Positions 10,280 to 19,671 of a DNA stretch of 64,000 bases are shown in pieces. Within the stretch, counting starts at the first letter, position 1. Every line of letters begins with the position of its first letter. The notes beneath the pieces were generated by a model. It saw only the letters and a program-made list of their open reading frames with translations, was not told the origin of the DNA and did no database searches. Position numbers and translations under genes: made by a program. Origin of the DNA: Candidatus Latescibacterota bacterium (GTDB taxonomy: Bacteria; Latescibacterota; UBA2968; GCA-2709665); the NCBI GenBank assembly GCA_965219455.1, contig OZ244744.1:1472001-1536000 (forward strand), given 5' to 3'.

Positions 10280-11194
10280 ATGTTAAAGTCAATCGAGGAA
10301 GTCGAGGAGCGTTTTGGTGGTGAGGGGTATATCGCGGATCGGACCCTGGCGACAACGGTCTACCTGGCCGTGGCGCTGGACAAACCGATATTTCTGGAGG
10401 GCGAGCCGGGCGTAGGCAAGACAGAGGTTGCCAAGGTGATGGCGCAGATCCTGGAAACGGATCTGATCCGGCTGCAGTGTTACGAAGGCCTGGACGCCAA
10501 TACGGCGTTGTACGAGTGGAACTATCCCAGGCAGATGCTGGAGATGCGGTTGGAAGAGGCCAGGGGCATAGAAAAGCAGGAGATCGGCCGCAATATATTC
10601 AGCGAGGAATTTCTGCTGAAACGGCCGCTTCTGAAGGCCATTCAGGGCAGTGGCAACAACCCGCCGGTGCTGTTGATCGACGAGGTGGACCGGTCCGACG
10701 AAGAGTTCGAGGCCTTTCTTCTGGAAGTCCTTTCGGATTTCCAGATTACCATCCCCGAAATTGGAACGATTTCCGCTCAGAAGGTTCCTTTTGTGGTGCT
10801 CACGTCGAACCGCACGCGGGAGTTGCACGATGCCCTCAAACGACGCTGCCTTTACCTGTGGATCGACTATCCTACGTTCATGAAAGAAATGGACATCGTC
10901 GCGTCGCGGGTTCCAAATATTCAGGCGGGGCTGGCGCAGCAGGTGTGCGGGTTCATGCAACTGATGCGCACACGCGATTTTTACAAGCGGCCGGGCGTCG
11001 CTGAAACCATCGATTGGGCGCTGGCATTGATGCATATGGAAATTGATGAACTCGATTCCGACACCGTGAACGCCACACTGGGCTGCGTGCTGAAGTACAA
11101 GGAGGATATCGAGAAACTCCAGGAGGATGGCCTGCCTCAGATCATCGAAAAGGCACGGGCGCTGAAGGATCGGGCGGTGCGGCTGAAGAATTGA
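10280..11194 (+). CDS. coxD: MoxR-family AAA+ ATPase (CoxD-like)
   Basis: GEPGVGKT, RLQCYEGLD, LLIDEVD and HDALKRRC; followed by VWA and XdhC genes. Confidence 0.85.
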   Translation: MLKSIEEVEERFGGEGYIADRTLATTVYLAVALDKPIFLEGEPGVGKTEVAKVMAQILETDLIRLQCYEGLDANTALYEWNYPRQMLEMRLEEARGIEKQEIGRNIFSEEFLLKRPLLKAIQGSGNNPPVLLIDEVDRSDEEFEAFLLEVLSDFQITIPEIGTISAQKVPFVVLTSNRTRELHDALKRRCLYLWIDYPTFMKEMDIVASRVPNIQAGLAQQVCGFMQLMRTRDFYKRPGVAETIDWALALMHMEIDELDSDTVNATLGCVLKYKEDIEKLQEDGLPQIIEKARALKDRAVRLKN

Positions 11195-12390
11195 CGACAA
11201 GACAGAACCACAGACGTTCCTACGGGTTGGATCGCATGAATAGAGCAAGGGTTGAAGACAGGAGCTTGATGGGCCGGGTGGTGGCGTTTTCACGGGCATT
11301 GCACAGGGCCGGCGTGGAAGTGAATTCCGGCAATCTGATTGACTTCTGCCAGAGTTTCGGGTTCATCGATATCGGCAGACGCGGGGATTTCTATGCGGCC
11401 GCGCGTGCCACACTGGTTTCCCGTTTCGACGATCTGGAGACGTTCGACCGGGTATTTCATGCGTTCTGGAGTTCCCCGGTTCAGACCATGGATATGGAGG
11501 TCACCGACGAAGACGCCGACGATCAGAACCTCGAAGTGTCGGACCAGCTCGACGAGCCCGTCGATACGGTGACAGAGGAAGAAGACGACGCGGACGGTGA
11601 AGGGGATTCGGACGAGGTGGGGTACAGCCCCGAGGAAGCGTTGATGCGCAAGGATCTGGCCGCCATGAGCGATAAGGAGATTGAGCGTGCCCGGCAGGTC
11701 ATCGCGCAGATCGTGGACATCATCGCCAACAGGCGCAGCCGGCGGAGGGAGCCGCAGAAGCGGGGCGCGGAGATCGACTTCCGCAGAACCTGGCGGCGAA
11801 ACGCGCTCTACGGGCGTGACGGCGTGGCCCTGGCCAGGCGCCGGCGCCGGATCAAGAAAACGAAGCTGATGCTGCTGTGCGACGTGAGCGGATCGATGGA
11901 CTGCTACAGCCAGTTTCTGATTCAGTTCATCTACGCGCTGAAACGGGAAATTCGCGACGTGGAGGTAGGGGTGTTCTCCACGCGGATGACCCCGATCTCC
12001 AGGCTGCTGAAGAACAAGAGCGTGGAGGAATCGCTCCAGGAAGTGGCGGATACGGTGCACGACTGGGCCGGGGGAACGGATATCGGCGGCTGCCTGAGAG
12101 AGTTCAACGACCGGTTTGCCAGGGAGATGCTGAAGTCAAAAACAGTGATGATTATTGTAAGCGACGGGTGGGACCGCGGCGACGCGGAACTCATGCGGCG
12201 GGAGATGGAGCGGTTGCGCAGGCGGGTACACAAACTGATGTGGCTGAACCCCCTGCTGGGAAGCCCGGGGTATCAGCCGCTTTGTCTGGGGATGAAAACG
12301 GCCTTGCCCTACCTGGATCATTTCATGGCGGCGCACAACCTCGAAAGTCTCGTGCAACTGGCGAAAACGTTGCGTTCGGTCTGGAGATGA
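11191..12390 (+). CDS. coxE: VWA-domain CoxE-like protein (start uncertain)
   Basis: DVSGSM MIDAS, WAGGTDIG, SDGWDRGD and WLNPL motifs. Confidence 0.85.
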   Translation: MTTRQNHRRSYGLDRMNRARVEDRSLMGRVVAFSRALHRAGVEVNSGNLIDFCQSFGFIDIGRRGDFYAAARATLVSRFDDLETFDRVFHAFWSSPVQTMDMEVTDEDADDQNLEVSDQLDEPVDTVTEEEDDADGEGDSDEVGYSPEEALMRKDLAAMSDKEIERARQVIAQIVDIIANRRSRRREPQKRGAEIDFRRTWRRNALYGRDGVALARRRRRIKKTKLMLLCDVSGSMDCYSQFLIQFIYALKREIRDVEVGVFSTRMTPISRLLKNKSVEESLQEVADTVHDWAGGTDIGGCLREFNDRFAREMLKSKTVMIIVSDGWDRGDAELMRREMERLRRRVHKLMWLNPLLGSPGYQPLCLGMKTALPYLDHFMAAHNLESLVQLAKTLRSVWR

Positions 12391-12439
12391 GACCGCCGCG
12401 GATAGAGAACACGGGATCTTTTTCCGTCATCCGAAATTG

Positions 12440-12650
12440 AGAAGCTGTCTTAAAATCCCCAGCGGTCTTCGCGCGGCTGCAAAAGCGCCGGTCGGCGTTG
12501 GTCAAATCCACCCGTATCTTTAGTCGAGGCTGCGCGCCCCTCGCCTCTCATAGGCGGATTCTCCCGTCGGCGCTGCGCGCCCCTCGCGCCTCATAACCGA
12601 ACTTTTTCGCTCGCGCTCGGGAACTCACCGGGAATTTTAAAACACCTTCT
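12440..12650. mobile_element. 211-bp MITE-like element with terminal inverted repeats and candidate 3-bp TSD (TTG)
   Basis: Left agaagctgtcttaaaat versus reverse complement of right end agaaggtgttttaaaat (15/17); ttg flanks both sides; internal repeat gctgcgcgcccctcgc twice; partial second copy at 2028. Confidence 0.7.
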
Positions 12651-12668
12651 TTGAAGGGGGTGGTTCTG

Positions 12669-13784
12669 ATGAAAGACATATTCTCAGAAGCCCTGGACCT
12701 GATTTCTTCGGGACAGAATGCGGCGATGTCGACCATCGTGTCCAGCAAGGGGTCGTTGCCGATGAGCAAGAAGGCAAAGATGCTGGTGCGACCCGACGGG
12801 CAGATTGTGGGGACGGTGGGTGGCGGCTGCCTCGAGGCGGATGTGTGGGCCGAAGCCCGGGAGGTGATGGAATCGGGTTTACCGACGCTTCAGCGTTTTA
12901 TTTTGACCGAAGAACACGCGGGCGAGAACGGATTGAACTGCGGTGGTAACGTGGAAATCTTCACGGAGCCCTTATACAAGGGGCGGTCCGAAGACGTGCT
13001 GGAAAACGTCGCGGAGGTCCGGAAGGCGAGGGACTCGGGGGTGCTGGCCACTCTCGTGTCCGGAGGGGACCCCGCGAAATGGAGCGCCAAGCTGCTGGTG
13101 CGGGCAGACGGAACCACCGTGGGGTCGCTGGGCTGGGCAGAGGCCGACGCGGCGATCCTTAGCGAAGTGGCTGAAATGGAAACGATTCCGGAGAATTTGC
13201 TGGAGGTGATGTCGCTGGACGTGAGCGATTCTGAGGGCCCGCTGAAGATCTTTATGGAGTCGATTTGTCCGGAGCCGACGCTCTATCTGTTCGGCGGCGG
13301 GCACGTTTCGTTCGCCATTGCGCGGGTCGCGGCCACGGTGGGCTTTCGTATTGTGGTGATCGACGACCGGCCGATGTTCGCCAACAAAGAGCGGTTTCCG
13401 ATGGCGGACGAGACGCTCACGCTGGAGATGGAAACGGCGCTCGAACACCTTGAGATCGACGACCTGTCCTATATTGTGGCGGTTACCCGAGGGCATCAGC
13501 ACGATAAGCCGGTGGTGGAACAGGCGGTATGGACAAACGCGGCCTATATCGGCATGATCGGAAGCAGGCGCAAGATTGCGTTGATGTGGAAGGAACTGGA
13601 GGCAAAGGGAATAAGCCGGCATCGCCTGGAAGAAATACATGCGCCCATCGGACTGGACATTGGCGCGGATTCCCCGGAGGAGATCGCCATAAGCGTGGTC
13701 TCCGAACTGATCCAGGCGCGCCGTTCCGGGGGCAAACCCTCGCACGGGGCCAGGTCACTGGCCGGAGCCCGCGCGGCATCCTGA
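12669..13784 (+). CDS. xdhC: XdhC/CoxF-family molybdoenzyme maturation factor
   Basis: GTVGGGCLE, GLNCGG, FGGGHV, YIGMIGS and APIGLDIGADSPEEIAIS. Confidence 0.92.
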   Translation: MKDIFSEALDLISSGQNAAMSTIVSSKGSLPMSKKAKMLVRPDGQIVGTVGGGCLEADVWAEAREVMESGLPTLQRFILTEEHAGENGLNCGGNVEIFTEPLYKGRSEDVLENVAEVRKARDSGVLATLVSGGDPAKWSAKLLVRADGTTVGSLGWAEADAAILSEVAEMETIPENLLEVMSLDVSDSEGPLKIFMESICPEPTLYLFGGGHVSFAIARVAATVGFRIVVIDDRPMFANKERFPMADETLTLEMETALEHLEIDDLSYIVAVTRGHQHDKPVVEQAVWTNAAYIGMIGSRRKIALMWKELEAKGISRHRLEEIHAPIGLDIGADSPEEIAISVVSELIQARRSGGKPSHGARSLAGARAAS

Positions 13785-13884
13785 TCGGGCGACGTAAGTA
13801 GTGGTTGGTGGTCAGCGAAAGCTTTTTTTAGCGACAGGGCCTTCGCGATTCCATTCGCCGATGTCCGCGCACACGTTTGTATCT

Positions 13885-13910
13885 GTAGGGGCAACCCTTG
13901 TGGTTGCCCG
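13885..13910 (+). repeat. GTAG-family REP palindrome; inverted copies at 14831-14855 and 24077-24101
   Basis: gtaggggcaacccttgtggttgcccg; cgggcgacccatgggtcgcccctac; gggcgaccacaagggtcgcccctac. Confidence 0.75.
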
Positions 13911-13941
13911 TTCTCTCCAAGAGGTGAATTCGGCCGCCCGG

Positions 13942-14050
13942 GTTGGCGCATCACGCCAACATTCCGGGTGGTCTGTTTTTTTGTGTTTGCCATATATTAT
14001 TATAAAACAATAATTTAATTTCATATATAACTGTTGGCGCGGCGTTTGCT
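13942..14050 (+). promoter_or_regulatory. Sigma54 promoter of pspA with upstream activator palindrome and AT-rich (IHF-like) spacer
   Basis: TGGCGC-ggcgt-TTGCT at 14035-14050 (GG-N10-GC); palindrome GTTGGCG-N5-CGCCAAC at 13942-13960; very AT-rich 13990-14030. Confidence 0.8.
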
Positions 14051-14123
14051 TACTCCATGTGCAGGATGTAGAACGCACATCTGCGGAAAGAAACATCTCA
14101 CCCGTTTGTGAAAGGAGACCCAA

Positions 14124-14816
14124 ATGGCCGCGGGCACATTGTCGCGGGTTGCGAATATCATTCGGGCGGACATGGACGATCTGCTGTGCCGGATGGAAGA
14201 TCCGGACAAAATGGCGCGTCTGATGATGACGGAAATGGAGAACGCCGTGAACGATGCCGTTGCCGCTGTGGCGGACGCCATGGCCGGCCAGCGGCTGCTG
14301 GAACGCCGGGTGAAGGCGCGGCGGGCGGATGCGGCGGCCTGGGACGGGACGGCCGAGCGGGCCGTCTCACGGGGCGACGACGACCTCGCCCGCCTGGCGC
14401 TGGAGCGGAAGGCCGCGATAGAAGCGGAAGCCGAGGGGCTTGAGAAGGCGCTGGACGAAGCGGGGAAGGTGACCGCGCAACTCGAGCGGCAATGCGCGCG
14501 CCTGAAGGACCGGTTCCAGGAGGCGCGGGCGCGGCAGAGAACCCTTGTCGCCAGAAGCCGCGCGGCCGGGAGTTGCGTTTCAGCCGCAGGTTCTCCCGCT
14601 CGGATTCGCGAAGAGGCGTTCGAGCGGTTCGACGCGTTCTGCCAGCGGGTTGACCACGAGGAAGCCGTTGCCGAGGTTTACGAGGAAATCGCCGGCAACA
14701 CCCCGGACGTGGACGATCGCCTGGAGAAAATGGCGCGGAAGGAGCGGATTGACACGCAGTTGCGAGAGCTGAAACAGAAGCTGGCCGATGCGAAATCGGA
14801 ACAGGATCAAAAATAG
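14124..14816 (+). CDS. pspA: Phage shock protein A / IM30 family
   Basis: LSRVANIIRA...EDPDKM, GDDDLARLAL, long coiled coil; sigma54 promoter. Confidence 0.9.
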   Translation: MAAGTLSRVANIIRADMDDLLCRMEDPDKMARLMMTEMENAVNDAVAAVADAMAGQRLLERRVKARRADAAAWDGTAERAVSRGDDDLARLALERKAAIEAEAEGLEKALDEAGKVTAQLERQCARLKDRFQEARARQRTLVARSRAAGSCVSAAGSPARIREEAFERFDAFCQRVDHEEAVAEVYEEIAGNTPDVDDRLEKMARKERIDTQLRELKQKLADAKSEQDQK

Positions 14817-14953
14817 GCTTAGCGGACAGGCGGGCGACCCATGGGTCGCCCCTACGAAAATCAGGCATCCGCGAATTGATATCACAAGGCCGTATCACAG
14901 ACCGCTTTTTGTTGTAAGCTGATAGCTGACAGCTTTCTTACCTGGAGGGAGAA

Positions 14954-15142
14954 ATGCTGGTAAAATTCCTTGGACTTTGCCTTTTGGCTGCCGGCGGACT
15001 CGCTGCATTAATTATGCTGGGTGGACTCATCGGATTCACGCTGGGGCTGATCTGGCTCGTCATCAAGTTCGCCGTACCGCTGTTGTTGATCTACGCAGGA
15101 TACCGGTTGCTGGTTCGCGACAAGCATCGAATCGCCTATTGA
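14954..15142 (+). CDS. Small two-TM membrane protein, probably co-transcribed with pspA
   Basis: 62 aa, highly hydrophobic, strong RBS ggagggag. Confidence 0.7.
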   Translation: MLVKFLGLCLLAAGGLAALIMLGGLIGFTLGLIWLVIKFAVPLLLIYAGYRLLVRDKHRIAY

Positions 15143-15184
15143 GACCGGGATAAATTCGGCCGGTCCTGAGCCTTTTCCCTCGTG

Positions 15185-15293
15185 CGACCTCTCCCCCCGG
15201 CCCCTCTCCTAAAGGAAAGGGGGAGCAGAAGGAAACCCCCTCAGTAGGCGACAGTTCCCCCCTTCCTTCAGGAAGGGGGATAGGGGGTAGGTC
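15185..15293. repeat. C/G-rich REP-like double hairpin
   Basis: cccctctcctaaaggaaaggggg and ccccttccttcaggaaggggg within an inverted frame cgacct...aggtcg. Confidence 0.55.
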
Positions 15294-15692
15294 GCGCCGA
15301 ATCGCACGTTTTTCCCTTCGAGCGCACGGTCCGGGCGGAACGCAGTTCCAGAGGGTGATTTTCCGCAGACAATCGACCCGGTAAGACCCTTCGGGTAATC
15401 CGTGAGAGGACATGCCCACGGAAAATTTCCCTACGGAGCTGTGCCCTTCCTTACCATACACGGCATCGGAGGAAATTTCTCAGGTCGATTCTTCCTTTTG
15501 GATATCCCAAAAAACCGTTGGTACCGATGCTGAAGTTACGTATTTTAATGCATCGAGTTCCGGCGGTTTTTTTTATTGGAATTCGGCACAATGGCAAACG
15601 CACGTTGGTTCTCTTGTTGCGTATATTCGGTGCAGGTCTGTCAGAAAATTGGCGGATTTGCACAACTTGGCGCAATAAAAAAACGGACCTTC

Positions 15693-16037
15693 TCAGGTCC
15701 GGTTCCTGATTCGATACTTGATTTCACCAGCTATTTTGGATTCCGCTTTATTCTTCAAATATTCATACACGTCGTTTCGTTTGCCGGCAGCAAGCAATTC
15801 AATGGTGTTGTCATCGTGTTCTCGAAATGCCAAACGATACGATCTGTCAATCCGCACCGTGGAACAACGACAATCCTTGATATTTCTTCTCTTTCTGCCT
15901 CTGCCCAATGAGTTATCTTCCAGCTCGAAAACAACCCTTTCGAATTTCCTCTTTATTCGCTCCGGTAGACGATTGTACGTCTTCTTGAAATAATTACTAT
16001 AATCTCTAAATGCCTTCTTTTTCTGCTCATTCTCCAT
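15693..16037 (-). CDS. RelE/ParE-superfamily toxin
   Basis: YSNYFKKTYNRLP...TVRIDRSYRLAF...ELLAAGKRNDVY matches the RelE fold pattern; RBS ggag upstream of ATG 16037. Confidence 0.75.
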   Translation of the reverse strand: MENEQKKKAFRDYSNYFKKTYNRLPERIKRKFERVVFELEDNSLGRGRKRRNIKDCRCSTVRIDRSYRLAFREHDDNTIELLAAGKRNDVYEYLKNKAESKIAGEIKYRIRNRT

Positions 16038-16044
16038 ACACGAT

Positions 16045-16590
16045 TTAACTCCGCAGCGCTGCGAGAAGATCCTCTGCCGATTCGTAAACCTTTCCTGACG
16101 TCGGCTGTCTCTCACTGTGGAGAATCATGAATTTCCAACGAATTTCTTGTAGCATGGCAATAATGTCATATAGATGATCAACCACTATGTTAATCTTCAA
16201 GTATGTAGCAGGAATATCCTGGTGTCGCTCCGCAATCGAGGAATATCGTTCCCATAGAGCCTTAGTCTTATCTTCGAAATTTTCAATTTGCTCTATTGTT
16301 GCCTCCGCCCCTTCTTTCATGCATAATTTCAGGTAATCATCCGGATTCTTTTCGAGTCTCTCCAGGACGTTATTCAACTTTGCGATCTCTGCAATCGCAA
16401 ACTCGTTGGTCTCGTCAGCGACGCGATTCAACAGAACAAGGCGGTCTTTTATTGCTATCTCATCCTTCTTCTCGGCATCGCTTGTTTCCAGGGGATCGGA
16501 CCGAGATATATTCAATGAGGTAGCGTAATGTTTTTCAATGCGTTTCTGAATGTCTCTAACCGGCATATCCAGAAGCAACTCGCCCATCAC
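16045..16590 (-). CDS. Helical/coiled-coil protein, putative antitoxin of the adjacent RelE-like toxin
   Basis: Directly upstream of the toxin; C-terminal GKVYESAEDLLAAL is typical of RelE-partner tails; AT-rich. Confidence 0.55.
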   Translation of the reverse strand: MMGELLLDMPVRDIQKRIEKHYATSLNISRSDPLETSDAEKKDEIAIKDRLVLLNRVADETNEFAIAEIAKLNNVLERLEKNPDDYLKLCMKEGAEATIEQIENFEDKTKALWERYSSIAERHQDIPATYLKINIVVDHLYDIIAMLQEIRWKFMILHSERQPTSGKVYESAEDLLAALRS

Positions 16591-16806
16591 ATGTCTCCTT
16601 CCGCGAGTAAAGAAGCGCGCTTCGGTACGCTGTGCATACTCATATACCGTACCTGTCGTACCATGTCAAGCAGAAATACAGATTGCCATGTAACTGATTT
16701 GTGCGTTGGCGTTGAGTACCGGCTCCTGGTTGTTGTTGAATAGTGCATGCTGTACTGAACAAAAGCCCGACGCTATCACCCGAAAAAAACATTCAATATG
16801 TAGCAC

Positions 16807-17089
16807 CACACCTGTCCAAAATCGGCTGCGTTCTTGGACAGCAGTGACATAAGGTTTAAAAGCTTTTTCCGTGAACGGCTGAATAGCTACGAAAAACGCC
16901 AATATTTCATACGGACTGCAGGCGTTTCTTCACCCACCGGTTGGCTTCCAGTCCTTCTGTGCTTTCTGTGCTTTTTGTGGCTATTGTCCCGCTCTACCGG
17001 TTTGGCGCGAAAAAACAGTTGCCACAAAAGGCACAAAAACACAAAAGGTCACACCTGTCCAAAATCGGCTGCGTTCTTGGACAGCGGTG
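16807..17089. repeat. Two identical 36-bp palindromic direct repeats (16807-16842, 17050-17085) enclosing a REP-like inverted pair
   Basis: cacacctgtccaaaatcggctgcgttcttggacagc twice; degenerate third copy ~17153-17194; ctgtgctttttgtggc / gccacaaaaggcacaaa between. Confidence 0.8.
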
Positions 17090-17280
17090 GCCTAAAGAAG
17101 GTGACCTGTATTGGCGCTACGTAACGACTTTCAAGAAAACCAGGTACTTACGCGTCCAAAATCGTCTTTTCCAAATTATCTTTGACAGCAGTGAGGTAGC
17201 ACAAAATAAGAGGTGTATAACGTGGTATGCATTGTCCTTTTCAAAACGACGGAACGGCTTTTCCATTCGAGGAGACAGGA

Positions 17281-18093
17281 ATGTCGGTGGAGGCAAAACA
17301 AAGCCCGGCGACTCCGGACGACGTGGCATTTTACCAGGAAAACGGATTTATCAGGTATCCCGAGTTTTTTTCCGGAGAAGAGGTGTCAGCGCTGAGGGAG
17401 GCCATCGACCGGGCCATCGAAGCCAACAGGGAGCGGATTATTGGCGCCCCCGGCGGCGGCAGGACTTCCGAGGCGTACGAGATGGTCTTTAACCAGATGG
17501 TAAACCTCTGGACGGATTTCCCGGACGTGAAAACATTTTCGTTCAACCACGCCCTGGCCGAAACCGCGCGGCGACTCACGGGCTGCCGCCACGTGCGGAT
17601 CTATCACGATCACGCCATGGTCAAACCGGGCGGGGCCGGCAGCCGCGCGACCAACTGGCATCAGGATTTGCCCTACTGGCCCATGGAGCCGGACGGGGCG
17701 CTCTCGGCCTGGGTGGCGGTGGACGACGTGACGGTCGAGAATGGCTGCCTCCACTTCGTGCCGGGCTCGCACAAGCTGGGTCCGCAGGAACCGATCGCGC
17801 TCGGGGTGGCGGGCGAAAGCATCGTCGACAAGATGGCGCAAGAGGGGCACGACGTGGCGGAACCCGTTGCAATGGAGATGGCCGCTGGCGGGGTGACCTT
17901 TCATCACGGCTGCAATTTTCATCACGCGGGCCCCAATCTGACCGATCGGCCGCGCCGGGCATTCGCTATAATTTATATTCCGGACACCGTCCGTTTCACG
18001 GGCGGAAAGGAAGCCGCCGGGGCCGGCGACGAGATGTCGGCCGGCGGGCCGTGGGAACACCCGCTGCATCCGGTCCTCGCGGGTTCCCCGTAG
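17281..18093 (+). CDS. Phytanoyl-CoA dioxygenase (PhyH) family protein
   Basis: WHQDLPYW, ENGCLHFVPGSH and HHAGPN..RPRR. Confidence 0.9.
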   Translation: MSVEAKQSPATPDDVAFYQENGFIRYPEFFSGEEVSALREAIDRAIEANRERIIGAPGGGRTSEAYEMVFNQMVNLWTDFPDVKTFSFNHALAETARRLTGCRHVRIYHDHAMVKPGGAGSRATNWHQDLPYWPMEPDGALSAWVAVDDVTVENGCLHFVPGSHKLGPQEPIALGVAGESIVDKMAQEGHDVAEPVAMEMAAGGVTFHHGCNFHHAGPNLTDRPRRAFAIIYIPDTVRFTGGKEAAGAGDEMSAGGPWEHPLHPVLAGSP

Positions 18094-18134
18094 CCGGACT
18101 CATCTGATTTCTGACCCTGAAGGGACACAGACCG

Positions 18135-18917
18135 ATGTTGACCGACGCACAGATCTCCGATTTTCACGGGCGGGGGTTCCTCAACGGCGGACGCCTGCTG
18201 GACGACGGACAGGTGGAAACGCTTCGACGTGAACTGGATCGGGTGATTGCCGAACGGGACCGGCCGGACGTGCCGCAGCCGGTCCACCTGCGGAACCTGA
18301 ACCGGAACCCGGATACGCCGGTGTGGCAAATTGTCAATATCTGGGCCGCGAGCGCCCCGTTTCTCGAGCTGACGGGTATGCGCAAGGTCGTGGAGGAAGT
18401 GGCGCAACTGACCCGGGCGAAACGGTTACGCGTGTGGCACGATCAGATCCAGTACAAGCCCGCTGAACGGGGCGGTGTCACCATGTGGCATCAGGATGCG
18501 CCGCTATGGCCAATAATCGAACCGATGACGGAGGTGAGCGCGTGGGTGGCGCTGGACGACGTGGACGAGGCGAACGGATGTATGAGTATGGTACCGGGAT
18601 CCCACCTGTGGGGAAATCAGATCGACTTCATACGGTCGGTCAAGAACTACGAGGACATGCCCCCGGAGTGGAACGGGCGTTGCGTGGAAATCGTCCGGTG
18701 TCCGGTAGAGAAGGGCGAGGTGCACTACCACCACGCGCTGACCTGGCACGGGTCGCACGCCAACACGAGCAACCGCCCGCGGCGGGCTATTGCCATCCAC
18801 TATATGACCCACGAGACGCGGTACGTGGCCGCCGGACAACACGTCATGAAACCGTTCGTGGAGGTGCCGGACGGGGCGCTGATGGAGGGGGAACACTTCC
18901 CGGAGGTCTGGCCGTAG
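18135..18917 (+). CDS. Phytanoyl-CoA dioxygenase (PhyH) family protein
   Basis: WHQDAPLW, NGCMSMVPGSH and WHGSHANTSNRPRR. Confidence 0.9.
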   Translation: MLTDAQISDFHGRGFLNGGRLLDDGQVETLRRELDRVIAERDRPDVPQPVHLRNLNRNPDTPVWQIVNIWAASAPFLELTGMRKVVEEVAQLTRAKRLRVWHDQIQYKPAERGGVTMWHQDAPLWPIIEPMTEVSAWVALDDVDEANGCMSMVPGSHLWGNQIDFIRSVKNYEDMPPEWNGRCVEIVRCPVEKGEVHYHHALTWHGSHANTSNRPRRAIAIHYMTHETRYVAAGQHVMKPFVEVPDGALMEGEHFPEVWP

Positions 18918-19025
18918 TTCGGCGGCGTCGGATTTAATTAGCCGGTGCCCTGAGCTTTTACCCTGAGCTTGTCGAAGGGTCGGCGAAGGGATCGAAATAC
19001 GTCGCATTAACGATAGGTTTTGACA

Positions 19026-19430
19026 ATGCACCTCGACGACCGCCTCGTCGAAGCGGCTGTTTCACAAGCAGAACGCCGGTTTCCAAATGGCCGCCGTGGA
19101 GCAGCCGCGCTCTATTTGTCCGACGGACGCATCCTCACCAGCGTCGCTTTCGACAGTCCAAACGATAAAGTGAATCTATGTCACGAAACAGGCGCAATCT
19201 GTGAAGCAAATCGTCTGAACCTGTCGGTAACCGCTTCGGTCTGCGTCGACAGACAATCGGAGAGCGATCCGTTCTACATCCTCACGCCGTGCGGCGTCTG
19301 CCAGGAACGCCTGGCGTTGTGGGGGCTCGACGTCGAAGTCGCCGTTCCAATGCCCGGCGCGCCTCACAAATGGCAGGCCATGAAACATCGGGACGTCCAG
19401 CCGTACTATTGGAGGAATGGGTTTGGTTAA
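19026..19430 (+). CDS. Cytidine-deaminase-like protein
   Basis: LCHETGAI and TPCGVCQE zinc-binding motifs. Confidence 0.85.
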   Translation: MHLDDRLVEAAVSQAERRFPNGRRGAAALYLSDGRILTSVAFDSPNDKVNLCHETGAICEANRLNLSVTASVCVDRQSESDPFYILTPCGVCQERLALWGLDVEVAVPMPGAPHKWQAMKHRDVQPYYWRNGFG

Positions 19431-19671
19431 GCCACGTGGCAGGTTTTACAGATCCGAAGCTCCAATCGAAAAAGCCCAACGGTATGGTGGCGGCCGTTGG
19501 GCTTCTTTGTATATGTCGATTTGCGAACCGTTTGGGTTTGCCGGGAATTCCAATTGTCGTCGGACCGGAATTTCAAAATGTCGCTAATCGGATTGACGAG
19601 AAGAGAAGGCGAACCGTCAGGTGCCTACAGATTTGGGGTCGATTATCCGATGATCGAACAGCCTTGAACGA

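Noticed and set aside
15300-15690. Short ORFs or ncRNA downstream of the RelE-like gene
   Set aside because: Overlapping short ORFs with no motif or clear structure beyond a probable terminator hairpin at ~15676-15701
16807-17196. CRISPR array from the 36-bp palindromic repeats
   Set aside because: Only two exact copies, a 207-bp interval and no cas genes in the window
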